Shown: in pieces, positions 7,245-16,015 of the stretch
Position numbering within the stretch: position 1 is the stretch's first letter
Layout of the letters: each line of letters opens with the position of its first letter
Assembly: GCA_043810925.1 (NCBI GenBank)
Contig: JBDRNT010000169.1
Span: 1-16,101, forward strand
Origin: Candidatus Eiseniibacteriota bacterium
GTDB lineage: Bacteria > Arandabacterota > Arandabacteria > Arandabacterales > Arandabacteraceae
Length of the DNA stretch: 16,101 nucleotides
Direction: 5' to 3'
Made by a program: the position numbers and the translations under genes
The notes under the pieces: model-generated
Databases searched by the model: none
What the model was told of the DNA's origin: nothing
Seen by the model: the letters and a program-made list of their open reading frames with translations, nothing else

Positions 7245-8067
7245 CGAGATGCTCGGCCTGCCTTTCTTTCAGCATGCCCTCATTGGCGGGCTCCTGGTTG
7301 TTGTCATGCTCTCGTTTCTGTCGTTCTTCGTAGTCCTGAGGAGGATCTCATTCATCGGGGTCGGCATATCCCATTCCGCGCTTGGCGGGGTCGCCCTCGG
7401 TATCGTGCTCGGCCTCAACATCACGCTTACCTCGACCGTGTTCTGTGCCGGCGTAGCCCTCTTGATCGGTTTTATATCAAGAAGAGGGCACGTAAGAGAA
7501 GACGCCGCCATCGGCATCACCTTCTCGGGTACAATGGCCCTCGGGATAACGCTCATAGCGCTTTCGGGCAGTTACACATCCAGCTTATTCTCGTATCTGT
7601 TCGGCAGCATCCTGTCGATAACAAGAAATGACATCTATGTAATAGCGTTGTACAGCACTTCGATCGTCATCCTGCTTGGCGTGTTCTTCAAACAGCTTCT
7701 GAATGTGAGCTTTGACGAAGAGGTCGCGATGGCGACGGGGGCTCCTGTCGGCTTTCTGCATAATCTGCTGCTCGTTCTGATAGCGCTCGCCATAGTCGCG
7801 TCGATCAAGTTAGTGGGAATCGTACTCGTCGCAGCTCTACTTGTTCTCCCTGCGGCCACGGCCTGCCAGATCGCGCAGACATATAGAAAAGTCCTTGCAT
7901 TGTCCGTCATTCTCGGTATCGTCTCGCTTGTAGCCGGACTGGTGTTGTCCTACGGCTTTGATTTACCTTCGGGAGCGACCATAGTGCTCTGCGCCTGTTT
8001 GATATTCTTTGTCTGTCTGGCCATATCCCCGAAGCGGCGCAGCAGAAGATCAAACCATGGAGGCTAG
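7237..8067 (+). CDS. znuB: Metal ABC transporter permease (ABC-3)
   Basis: ISHSALGG, EDAAIG, YLFGSIL, SFDEEVA, PSGATIV; overlaps znuC by 8 bp. Confidence 0.92.
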   Translation: MLSEMLGLPFFQHALIGGLLVVVMLSFLSFFVVLRRISFIGVGISHSALGGVALGIVLGLNITLTSTVFCAGVALLIGFISRRGHVREDAAIGITFSGTMALGITLIALSGSYTSSLFSYLFGSILSITRNDIYVIALYSTSIVILLGVFFKQLLNVSFDEEVAMATGAPVGFLHNLLLVLIALAIVASIKLVGIVLVAALLVLPAATACQIAQTYRKVLALSVILGIVSLVAGLVLSYGFDLPSGATIVLCACLIFFVCLAISPKRRSRRSNHGG

Positions 8068-8068
8068 G

Positions 8069-9499
8069 ATGTTCAAGAAATTGTGCGTAATATCGGTGGC
8101 TCTGCTGGTTGCATGTTCCTCTCAGGTGAGAAGACCCGATGCGCCTCCATCCGGTACCGACCCGGACCAGGCTCCGGCGCCGGAAATCTCGCAGATCGTA
8201 CTGTATGCCAGGTCTTTAGGACACTCAGACACACCCATCGTGTGGGACATAAGGAAAATCTCGCTCGACCGGGCTGACGGCAGCCGGGTTGACATATCCG
8301 GCACAGCCGTAACCTTGAACTTGGCCGATCTTAAGCGGGGCCAGAAGCTGATCGGGATCTCAGGGGCAGAAGAGGGCACATACACGGGGCTCAGTATCTT
8401 CACCCGTGATGTCTACTTCGCCGATACCGAGGAGAGTGTCCCTACCGAGACCCTGGTCTTCCGTGTCGAACATGACTTCACCATTGTGGCGGGAAACACA
8501 AAGAGTGTCTTCCTGCTGATAGACCTTCCCGATCCGGGAGATGAGCGGTCGGCATTCATGTTTGCGCCCAGGCTCGCTATGGAGGATGAGAATCCGAATC
8601 CCGGCGGGAAACTCATCTATGTAGCAAACGAGCTCTCATCCAATATTTCGGTAATCGACAAGCAGCTGAGGCGAGTCGTGTATAACGTACTGGTGGGAAC
8701 AAAGCCCTATACCCTGGCCGCCGATCAGAGAAGGTACAAGCTCTACATCGGTGACAGAAAGGAGGGTGTGATCTATGAGATGGACATGCTGCGCCAGCAT
8801 CTCTTGAGGGCAACCCAGATCGAATACGTCGATGAGCCCGTGCACATAGAACCCGTCCCCACGCGGGATCTCCTCATCGTCGTCAATTTCGGGAGCGACA
8901 CCATATACATTGTGGATGCCTTCACACTCCAGATCATCGATGCCATCGAGGTCGACTATGACCCTGTGGATGCCGAGTACTCAGAGTCTTTCGATCTCGT
9001 ATTCGTATTGAGCAGGTACTTCGGCACCATCTCAGTGCTCGGAATGAAGAACGATCCGGTAGAGGTTGATACAACCCTCCAGGTGGAGCTCGAGCCCACG
9101 GGGATGGCCATAGATGACAACAAGGGGTGGCTTTATATCACCAACAGTGGTTCGACCGATATGTCCATCATCAAGATCGAGTCGCTGGGCATTGAGAAGA
9201 CCGTGCCGATAGGTATCGGCGCGGGTGATATCGCTTTCGACCCGTTCGGCAGAAGGGTCTATGTTGCGATGACCGATACGAGGGAAATACTGTGTGTCGA
9301 TCCCTACACAGGTGTTCTCGAATACAGTATCGGTCTCCCGGCACCACCCGGAAGGCTGTTGTTCGACGACGATGAGAAAACACTATACGCCTGCCTTCCC
9401 GAGCGAAACGCAGTCGTGGCAATAGACCCCTTGACCCGCCGGATTGAGAACTGGATAGAAACCGGTTATGGTCCATCCTCGATTGAAGCAAGGCGGTAG
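8069..9499 (+). CDS. Lipoprotein with C-terminal YVTN/YncE-type beta-propeller, ~476 aa
   Basis: Start set to ATG 8069 (GGAGG at 8059-8063); signal MFKKLCVISVALLVA-C (lipobox LVAC); repeats IYVANELSSNISVID, LYITNSGSTDMSIIK, VYVAM, and G..P turns. Confidence 0.8.
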   Translation: MFKKLCVISVALLVACSSQVRRPDAPPSGTDPDQAPAPEISQIVLYARSLGHSDTPIVWDIRKISLDRADGSRVDISGTAVTLNLADLKRGQKLIGISGAEEGTYTGLSIFTRDVYFADTEESVPTETLVFRVEHDFTIVAGNTKSVFLLIDLPDPGDERSAFMFAPRLAMEDENPNPGGKLIYVANELSSNISVIDKQLRRVVYNVLVGTKPYTLAADQRRYKLYIGDRKEGVIYEMDMLRQHLLRATQIEYVDEPVHIEPVPTRDLLIVVNFGSDTIYIVDAFTLQIIDAIEVDYDPVDAEYSESFDLVFVLSRYFGTISVLGMKNDPVEVDTTLQVELEPTGMAIDDNKGWLYITNSGSTDMSIIKIESLGIEKTVPIGIGAGDIAFDPFGRRVYVAMTDTREILCVDPYTGVLEYSIGLPAPPGRLLFDDDEKTLYACLPERNAVVAIDPLTRRIENWIETGYGPSSIEARR

Positions 9500-9514
9500 A
9501 CTATATCGATACGC

Positions 9515-10873
9515 TCATGCGTCACGAAGCCTTCTTGCTGCCTCGTTTGCTTTGCGTACGACCTCGTCCTCATCAACCGTGAGAAGTCTGCCGTTTCTGA
9601 CAAGGACCTTGCCGTTGGCTATGGTGAGATCGACGTTGTGATTTGATCCGCACAGGACGATAGAACCAAGATAATCATGCAGCGAGCCCGCATGGGAAAT
9701 GTCTGAGATGTCGATACCGACGATGTCGGCACACATGTCCTCTTTGATGGTTCCTATGTCGTCCCTACCCAGCAGATCGGCGCCTCCCGAGGTCGCCAGT
9801 CTTATTACCTGGCGGGTGGTTATTGCGGAGCTCCCCCCTGCAAGACGCTGGAGCAGGAAACAGTTCCTGAGCTCGGCAAGCATGTCCGATGTGTCATTGC
9901 TCGCACTTCCATCAACACCCAGCCCCACCCTTATACCCATCTTGAGCATTTCCGGCACCCGTGCCCTGCCGGCACCGAGACGCATATTCGATGTCGGACA
10001 ATGGCAGATACCGGTCTCGGTGGCTTTCAGCTTATCAAGCTCGGCATCCGTAAGATGGATACCGTGCGCGTACCATACATCCCGTCCAAGCCAGCCGCAT
10101 CGCTCCATCAGTTCGACGGGTCTTATGCCGTATTTGTCCAGGCAGTAGGTGTTCTCGTCTTCGGTCTCGGCAAGATGGGTGTGAAGCAGCACACCCTTTT
10201 TCGACGCGAGCTCCCTCGTTTCCCTGAGCAGCCTTTCGGATATCGAGAAGGGTGAGCACGGAGCAAGCGCGATCCTGAGCATCGATCCGGGCCGAGGATC
10301 GTGATACTCATCGATAAGCCTCTCGCTGTCCTTAAGGATCTCGCCCTCGAATTGAACAACCTCGTTGGGCGGAAGTCCTCCCTGGTCCTTCCCAAGGGAC
10401 ATGCTCCCGCGTGTTGGATGAAACCGGATCCCGATCTTCGATGCGGCTTCTATCTCAACATCTATGAACCTCGAGCTCGAACCCGTGGGAAACACATAGA
10501 GATGGTCGGTTGAGGTGGTGCATCCCGTTTTCAGGAGCTCGCCGCAGGCTACGAGCGTGCTCCAGTAGACGCTGTCCTCATCGAGGTTCTTCCAGATCTC
10601 ATAGAGGGTCGTAAGCCAGTCAAAGAGCGGAGAGTCCTGGACCTCAGGCACGCAGCGCTGGAGTGTCTGGTAGAAGTGATGGTGGGTGTTCACAAACCCG
10701 GGGAGTACAACCATGCGGCTGCAGTCGATCACCTCGATATCGGCATTTCCCAGCGTCTCCGGATCGATGTGATCGTCGATCCGGCTGATCTTCGTCCCGT
10801 CTATTAAGAGGTCCGTGCCGGACAGTTCCTCGGCGCCCGTAAACAGGACCAGGATATCACGCAGAAGAATCAA
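9515..10873 (-). CDS. 8-oxoguanine deaminase / AtzB-like amidohydrolase, 452 aa
   Basis: PGFVNTHHHFYQT, TTSTDHLY, PCSPFS, LHTHLAET, WYAHGIH, HCPTSNMRL, GLGVDGSASND; TTG start overlaps the upstream TGA. Confidence 0.85.
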   Translation of the reverse strand: MILLRDILVLFTGAEELSGTDLLIDGTKISRIDDHIDPETLGNADIEVIDCSRMVVLPGFVNTHHHFYQTLQRCVPEVQDSPLFDWLTTLYEIWKNLDEDSVYWSTLVACGELLKTGCTTSTDHLYVFPTGSSSRFIDVEIEAASKIGIRFHPTRGSMSLGKDQGGLPPNEVVQFEGEILKDSERLIDEYHDPRPGSMLRIALAPCSPFSISERLLRETRELASKKGVLLHTHLAETEDENTYCLDKYGIRPVELMERCGWLGRDVWYAHGIHLTDAELDKLKATETGICHCPTSNMRLGAGRARVPEMLKMGIRVGLGVDGSASNDTSDMLAELRNCFLLQRLAGGSSAITTRQVIRLATSGGADLLGRDDIGTIKEDMCADIVGIDISDISHAGSLHDYLGSIVLCGSNHNVDLTIANGKVLVRNGRLLTVDEDEVVRKANEAARRLRDA

Positions 10874-13185
10874 ACCCCGGCCTCCTTGAGAGCATCAAAT
10901 ACCCTCTCGGGCGTAAAAGGCAGTTCTCTCAGTCTTACTCCCGTGGCGTTATAGATCGCGTTGGCTATGGCCGGGGCGACATTATCAAGGCATATCTCCC
11001 CGACACTCTTGACCCCGAAGGGTCCCGAGGGCTCATCGGTCTCAACGATAAACGCCTTGATGTCCGGGAGATCGACGGACGCCGGGACCTTGTAATCCAT
11101 GAGTGAAGCATTCAGCATCTTGCCGGAATCCGAGAATGTCATGTCCTCGCTCAGAGCATAGCCTATGCCCATGGCCACCGAGCCGACAATCTGCCCCTCC
11201 GCGAGCGTTGGATTTATCGCCCTCCCGAGGTCAACGGCCGATGCGATATCGGTCACCCTGACCCTGCCCGTATCCAGATCGATCTCGACTTCGACGAAAC
11301 ACGCACAGAAGGGCGGCGGACAGTCCACGGTCATAAAGGATGCAGACTCGGCTATCTGCTGCTTGGCTTCTCCATAGAACGACTTAAGCGCAACCTCCTT
11401 GACATGAATCCGCCGGCCTGAGGAGGACACAAAGACCCCGTGGTCAAAACTCACATCCCCTGCGTCATCTCCCATCAGTTCGAGTGCGACCTCCTTAAGC
11501 CTCTCTCTCACCTTCTCGGCCGCCTGAACAACGGCTGTCCCGGATACATAGGTCGTGCTCGAACCGTACGCCCCGACATCGAATGGTGTGGTGTCGGTGT
11601 CGGAGGAATAAACGATGATGTCTTCCAGTTCCACTCCGAGCACCTCGGCGGTCATCTGGGCAAGCACGGTGTCACTTCCCGTACCGAGGTCGGTCGCACC
11701 GATAAGGAGGTTAAAGGAGCCGTCCTCGTTGACCTTTATGGTCGCGGCGGCCATATCGTCACCCGGTATTCCGGTTCCATGCATACAGACGGCGAAACCC
11801 ACCCCACGCTTCTTCCGGTCGTACGGCGCCCCCGACGGGGCGTCTCCGCTGCCGGGAACGGCTTTACTCGCCAGATTGAGGCACTCATCGAGACCGCATG
11901 TTCTTATTATTCTTTCGAACCCTTCCTTCCCCTCACCGAGTTTCGCAGCGATAGGATCCATATCACCCTGCTTGATCAGGTTCTTCCTTCTAAACTCCAG
12001 CGGGTCCATACCAAGCGAATGAGCGATTTCATCCATATGCGACTCGAGTCCGAAATAGCCTTGCGGAGCCCCGTACCCTCTCATTGCCCCTGCAACGGGG
12101 AGATTGGTGTATGCCACATCCGCAACGAAGCGGAGATTCGGAGACTTATAAAGCGGCAGTGACTTGCTTCCCGTATTGGACGGGACAGTAAGACCGTGAC
12201 TGCCATAGGCCCCTGTGTTGGCGAGAACCCGCATTTCGTTGGCGATTATCTTACCGTCGGAGGTGAGACCCGTCTTGAAGGTCACATACTCAGGGTGCCT
12301 CGTCCTTGCACAGTAGAACTCCTCATCACGTTTAAGCTCCATCACCACCGGCCTGCCGGTCCTGAGAGTCAGGTGCGCGCAGAGATCCTCGAGTATGATC
12401 TCCTGCTTACCGCCGAAACCGCCACCGATTCTAGGCTTGATCACCCTGATCTTCGAAATGGGAATCTGGTTCACCCTGGCCACTATTCGCCTGACATGGA
12501 AAGGTACCTGGGTGGCGGTGACGATCACGAGCCTGCTCGTGCTGTCGAGGTATGAAAAGCAGACATGGGGCTCCATGGTGACGTGTTGGACGTAGTGGAC
12601 GTAGTAGGTGTGTTCGAATACCCGGTCCGCCTGGCTAAAGCCTTGCTCTACGTCACCGACCTCGACGTCGACACGGGCTGCGAGATTGCTGCCGGCATCG
12701 TGGATTCCCTGCGAGTCGGTCTCGTCGTGAATTACAGGAGCACCTTCCCGGATGGCCTCACGCGCATCCGTTACCACGGGCAGGACTTCGTAATCAACTT
12801 CAAGGAGTTTGCAGCCCGTCTCGGCCGTGATCTCATCGGTTGCGACAACGACGGCCACCCTGTCACCGACCAGCCTGACCTTGTTATCAAGCATGACGGT
12901 ATCGTACGGGGAAGGCTCAGGGAAGTTCTGACCGGCGGTGGTAAAAGGCACCCTCGGAACATCTTCATGCGTAAGGACGATCATGACACCGGGAAGAGCC
13001 ATGGCCTTGTCGCGGTCGATGCTCCTTATCCGCGCGTGGGCATGAGGGCTTCTCAGGACCTTGGCGTAAAGAGCCCCCTCCGGTACCATATCCAGCGTAT
13101 AGTGTGCGGCGCCTTTTACGATGGCGCCCCCATCAACCTTGGGCAGGCGTTTGGATACAACCCTCAGGTCAGCCTTTTCAGTCAT
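10870..13185 (-). CDS. Xanthine dehydrogenase-family molybdopterin-binding subunit (XdhD-like), ~771 aa
   Basis: LRSPHAHARI, AGQNFPEPSPYD, IGGGFGGKQE, GAMRGYGAPQG, DLGTGSDT, AYGSSTT, GPFGVKSVGE (catalytic Glu). Start moved to ATG 13185 (MTEKADL, GAGG SD). Confidence 0.9.
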   Translation of the reverse strand: MTEKADLRVVSKRLPKVDGGAIVKGAAHYTLDMVPEGALYAKVLRSPHAHARIRSIDRDKAMALPGVMIVLTHEDVPRVPFTTAGQNFPEPSPYDTVMLDNKVRLVGDRVAVVVATDEITAETGCKLLEVDYEVLPVVTDAREAIREGAPVIHDETDSQGIHDAGSNLAARVDVEVGDVEQGFSQADRVFEHTYYVHYVQHVTMEPHVCFSYLDSTSRLVIVTATQVPFHVRRIVARVNQIPISKIRVIKPRIGGGFGGKQEIILEDLCAHLTLRTGRPVVMELKRDEEFYCARTRHPEYVTFKTGLTSDGKIIANEMRVLANTGAYGSHGLTVPSNTGSKSLPLYKSPNLRFVADVAYTNLPVAGAMRGYGAPQGYFGLESHMDEIAHSLGMDPLEFRRKNLIKQGDMDPIAAKLGEGKEGFERIIRTCGLDECLNLASKAVPGSGDAPSGAPYDRKKRGVGFAVCMHGTGIPGDDMAAATIKVNEDGSFNLLIGATDLGTGSDTVLAQMTAEVLGVELEDIIVYSSDTDTTPFDVGAYGSSTTYVSGTAVVQAAEKVRERLKEVALELMGDDAGDVSFDHGVFVSSSGRRIHVKEVALKSFYGEAKQQIAESASFMTVDCPPPFCACFVEVEIDLDTGRVRVTDIASAVDLGRAINPTLAEGQIVGSVAMGIGYALSEDMTFSDSGKMLNASLMDYKVPASVDLPDIKAFIVETDEPSGPFGVKSVGEICLDNVAPAIANAIYNATGVRLRELPFTPERVFDALKEAGV

Positions 13186-13660
13186 GTCCTCGGTCCCTGT
13201 CACGCATCTTCTTCGCCGCGCTCTCGATGGCGTCAACAACCTTGACGTAGCCTGAACATCTGCATATGTTACCGGCAATCCCCTGCCGGATCTCTTCTCT
13301 TGTGGGGTCGGGGTTCTCCGAAAGCAGGCCAACAGCCGTCATTATCATTCCGGGTGTACAGAAACCGCATTGCGGGGCACCGGTCTCGATAAAGGCCTCC
13401 TGAACGGGATGAAGCTGCTTACCGCAGATCGCAAGTCCTTCCACGGTCAGGATCGTGGAACCATCCACCTGGGGCGCCAGTATGAGGCATGAGGCGACCG
13501 GGCGGCCGTCGAGAAGCACGGTGCATGCCCCACAGTTGCCCGTGTCACAGCCATGTTTCACACTCTTAAAACCCAGTCTTCTTAAGAGATCAAGCAGGGT
13601 TTCCCCGGCCGAGGTTTCTACATCGAACGCTCTGTCATTGACTGAGATCTTAATCTTCAA
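13178..13660 (-). CDS. (2Fe-2S)-binding subunit of xanthine dehydrogenase family (CoxS/XdhC-like), ~160 aa
   Basis: GCDTGNCGACTV..C and QCGFCTPG..NICRCSGY; probable start TTG 13660 (GTG 13669 is an alternative). Confidence 0.9.
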   Translation of the reverse strand: MKIKISVNDRAFDVETSAGETLLDLLRRLGFKSVKHGCDTGNCGACTVLLDGRPVASCLILAPQVDGSTILTVEGLAICGKQLHPVQEAFIETGAPQCGFCTPGMIMTAVGLLSENPDPTREEIRQGIAGNICRCSGYVKVVDAIESAAKKMRDRDRGHD

Positions 13661-14501
13661 GTCGGGCACCTGCCTCTTGAGCGGCAGCCAGTATGGACCT
13701 GGCGGCAAGTACGCTTACGAGGTGTTTCCTGTAGGCCGATGAAGCCCTGAAATCCGCTTTCACCTTTACCTGTTCTGAGGCAGACTCAGCGATCTTCCGG
13801 ATCAGGTCATGCGAGATCCCCTTGTCACCTCTGTCTTCCCCAAAGTCTGTTAAGAGCACCGGCTTCGACGAACTCTGTCCGATCGCAAGCCTGAGATCGC
13901 TGATCCTCGACCCATCCGTGATACCCACGACCGCCGCGACATTGACGAGGGCGATATCAACATCACTTCTTCCAAACTTGGAAAAGCCCCATCCCTGGCC
14001 CTGTCCGAGCTTCGGTATTCGCACGCTGCGAATGAGTTCGTAGCCGCTGAGCCAGGCACCTGCAAGCAGATCATCAACCGGCACAACGCGCTCCTCGTCC
14101 CCTCTCATCTCGAGCTTCGCACCAAGCGCCGCAAGGGCTACACCCGCATCCGAAGGTAGATAGATGCCGGCCAGGCTACCACCGAGGGTCGCCATGTTTC
14201 TTACGAGCGGCGTAGCACAGTGCCTCAGGGCCTCGAAGAGCATTGGAACCGCAGCCTTTATATCGGGACTGAGGATGCTTGAGAGTCGTGTGGTCGCTCC
14301 GATTGTGATCCACCCATCGCGATCGCTGATCCCGTCCAGTCCCAAACGGCTTATGTCTATAAGCACTTCAACAGACTCGCCCGCCATGGGTACTACGGTC
14401 GTGCCACCGGCTATAAAGAGCGACTTGGTCCCGACGGTCTTCCGGAGACTGATCGCTTCATCCTCGGTGTTGGCTACAACAAACTGTCTGAAATGCTTCA
14501 A
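13650..14501 (-). CDS. FAD-binding subunit of xanthine dehydrogenase family (CoxM/XdhB-like), 283 aa
   Basis: FIAGGTT, IGATT, VRNMATLGGS, SD, DFRASSAYRKHL; TTG start with GGAGGGAG SD. Confidence 0.88.
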   Translation of the reverse strand: MKHFRQFVVANTEDEAISLRKTVGTKSLFIAGGTTVVPMAGESVEVLIDISRLGLDGISDRDGWITIGATTRLSSILSPDIKAAVPMLFEALRHCATPLVRNMATLGGSLAGIYLPSDAGVALAALGAKLEMRGDEERVVPVDDLLAGAWLSGYELIRSVRIPKLGQGQGWGFSKFGRSDVDIALVNVAAVVGITDGSRISDLRLAIGQSSSKPVLLTDFGEDRGDKGISHDLIRKIAESASEQVKVKADFRASSAYRKHLVSVLAARSILAAAQEAGARLED

Positions 14502-14522
14502 GGTCTCCCTCCAAGAACAAGT

Positions 14523-14551
14523 ATCTTAACACCAACTCCGATCGATGGCAA
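14523..14551 (-). promoter_or_regulatory. sigma70-like promoter (extended -10) for xdh/deaminase operon
   Basis: Minus strand TTGCCA (14551-14546), 17-bp spacer, TAAGAT (14528-14523) preceded by TGn. Confidence 0.7.
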
Positions 14552-14568
14552 GCCTTCAGGCAGCCGAC

Positions 14569-14597
14569 TTGTCAGAGAGACCGGATTGGGTTAGATT
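14569..14597 (+). promoter_or_regulatory. sigma70-like promoter for radical SAM gene (near-leaderless)
   Basis: TTGTCA (14569-14574), 17-bp spacer, TAGATT (14592-14597); ATG only 9 nt downstream, no SD. Confidence 0.55.
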
Positions 14598-14606
14598 GGC
14601 ATTGCC

Positions 14607-15365
14607 ATGAGAGTAAGCGAAGTCAATGTGAGAACGATCCTTTCGAAGACAAATATCCCCGGAATAGACTACTGCCTCAATCCTTACACCGGATGCGCAC
14701 ACGCATGCAGTTACTGTTATGCCACTTTCATGAAGAAGTTCACAGGACACCAGGAGCACTGGGGAAGTTTCATCGACGTCAAGGTCAATGCGGTCGAGCT
14801 CTTAAAGAAGGCCTTGAGGCGAGACCACAGAGGTGAGGTGATGATGAGTTCGGTCACCGATCCCTACCAGCCGGCCGAAGCGACCTATAAACTAACGCGG
14901 GGATGTCTTGACCTCCTCTCCAGGAGCAGGCTTAAGGTCAGCATTCTCACCAAGTCCGATCTCGTAACGCGTGATATCGATATCCTGAAGCGTATGGATG
15001 GCGTCGATGTCGGTCTTACCGTAGCTACTGATGATGAAGCCATGAAGCGTCTCTTCGAGCCTGCTTCACCCACCGTCGCATCCCGGATGACTGCGCTCAA
15101 ATCACTGAACGATGCAGGCATAGCCACGTATGTATTCATCGGACCGATTCTGCCGATGAACCCGGAGAAACTGGCCGATGGCCTCGCCCCCTTTACGCAG
15201 CGGGTCCTTATCGACAGAATGAATTATCCCTGGAAGGTCAAGTCTCTCTATCGAGCGCATAAGATTGAATATGCTCTCGAAGAGAGTTATTTCGAAGACA
15301 TCGAGGCGAGATTGCTCGAACGCCTGGCCCACCACGGCCTGGAAGCCCGTGGGGTCAGGTCTTGA
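14607..15365 (+). CDS. Radical SAM protein, spore-photoproduct-lyase-like (Rv2578c/SplB-related) family, 252 aa
   Basis: [15 protein letters not shown] (CxxxCxxC), [23 protein letters not shown]...R, FIGPILP. Confidence 0.85.
   Translation: MRVSEVNVRTILSKTNIPGIDYCLNPYTGCAHACSYCYATFMKKFTGHQEHWGSFIDVKVNAVELLKKALRRDHRGEVMMSSVTDPYQPAEATYKLTRGCLDLLSRSRLKVSILTKSDLVTRDIDILKRMDGVDVGLTVATDDEAMKRLFEPASPTVASRMTALKSLNDAGIATYVFIGPILPMNPEKLADGLAPFTQRVLIDRMNYPWKVKSLYRAHKIEYALEESYFEDIEARLLERLAHHGLEARGVRS
15350..15364 (+). repeat. TGGGGTCAGG(T)CTTG short repeat, copy 1 (copy 2 at 15890-15903)
   Basis: TGGGGTCAGGTCTTG here and TGGGGTCAGG-CTTG at 15890; both sit at the stop codons of consecutive genes. Confidence 0.55.
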
Positions 15366-15410
15366 AATTAAGCGTTTCATGTCGGTTCCGGAGCCCGAGA
15401 ATTGCAGTCT

Positions 15411-15439
15411 GTCGCGTCGGGGCTGCGCGCCCGACGAAC
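15411..15439 (+). repeat. Solo REP copy related to the 5499-5557 doublet
   Basis: GTCG-CGTCGGG-GCTGCGCG-CCCGACG-AAC; same 4+7+8+7+AAC layout as 5499-5527, with a compensatory base-pair swap. Confidence 0.7.
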
Positions 15440-15471
15440 CCGTTTGCATTTGTCACTCCGGGAGGAGGCAT

Positions 15472-15888
15472 ATGAAAGCACACCGCGAGGAACTCTGGTT
15501 TAAGACCAGTGGACGCAGGGAATTCTTAAACATAACCCCTGAGGTGAACGAGTGCCTGGCACGTAGCGGCATCACCGAGGGAATCCTGCTCTGCAATGCC
15601 ATGCATATCACCGCATCAGTCTTCATAAACGATGACGAGAGCGGTCTCCATGCAGATCTTGAAAAGTGGCTGGAGAAGGTGGCTCCCGAGAAACCCCACT
15701 CCCAGTATGCCCACAACTCGTTCGAAGACAACGCCGATGCGCACCTCAAGCGGACCATCATGGGTCGTGAGGTCGTAGTAGCGGTGACCGGGGGCAAACT
15801 CGATTTCGGACCCTGGGAACAGATCTTCTACGGCGAGTTCGACGGCAAACGCAAGAAACGCGTCCTCGTGAAGATTATCGGAGAGTAG
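15472..15888 (+). CDS. yjbQ: YjbQ/UPF0047 family protein, 138 aa
   Basis: [55 protein letters not shown] 15472 with GGAGGAGG SD. Confidence 0.92.
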   Translation: MKAHREELWFKTSGRREFLNITPEVNECLARSGITEGILLCNAMHITASVFINDDESGLHADLEKWLEKVAPEKPHSQYAHNSFEDNADAHLKRTIMGREVVVAVTGGKLDFGPWEQIFYGEFDGKRKKRVLVKIIGE

Positions 15889-15925
15889 CTGGGGTCAGGC
15901 TTGTTACCGTTAGTTCGTATCATTT

Positions 15926-16012
15926 GACCCCATGAGAGAGGAGGACTACACTCCTGAGGTGTTAGTCACAGAAGCATAGTTTTGGGACTTACCTGTCTCT
16001 CTCATGGAGGTC
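15926..16012 (+). promoter_or_regulatory. Structured 5' leader occluding the SD of the downstream ORF
   Basis: CCATGAGAGAG (15930-15940) pairs perfectly with CTCTCTCATGG (15997-16007), extended by GACC/GGTC over a bulged A, covering GGAGG at 16006-16010; TATCAT -10 at 15918-15923. Confidence 0.7.
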
Positions 16013-16015
16013 GTA

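Noticed and set aside
11440-13245. Long antisense ORFs (240 aa, 226 aa and others) opposite the Mo subunit, and similar shadow ORFs elsewhere
   Set aside because: No recognisable motifs; typical codon-bias shadows of real genes
13186-13332. 49-aa N-terminal extension of the Mo subunit, or a frameshifted FeS-Mo fusion as in E. coli XdhD
   Set aside because: The extension lies within the 2Fe-2S gene in another frame. Both genes have normal ends and there is an SD plus ATG at 13185, so separate genes is the simpler reading.
15265-15471. 69-aa N-terminal extension of YjbQ in the ORF track
   Set aside because: Overlaps the radical SAM gene and a REP; the strong SD at 15461-15468 gives a normal 138-aa YjbQ
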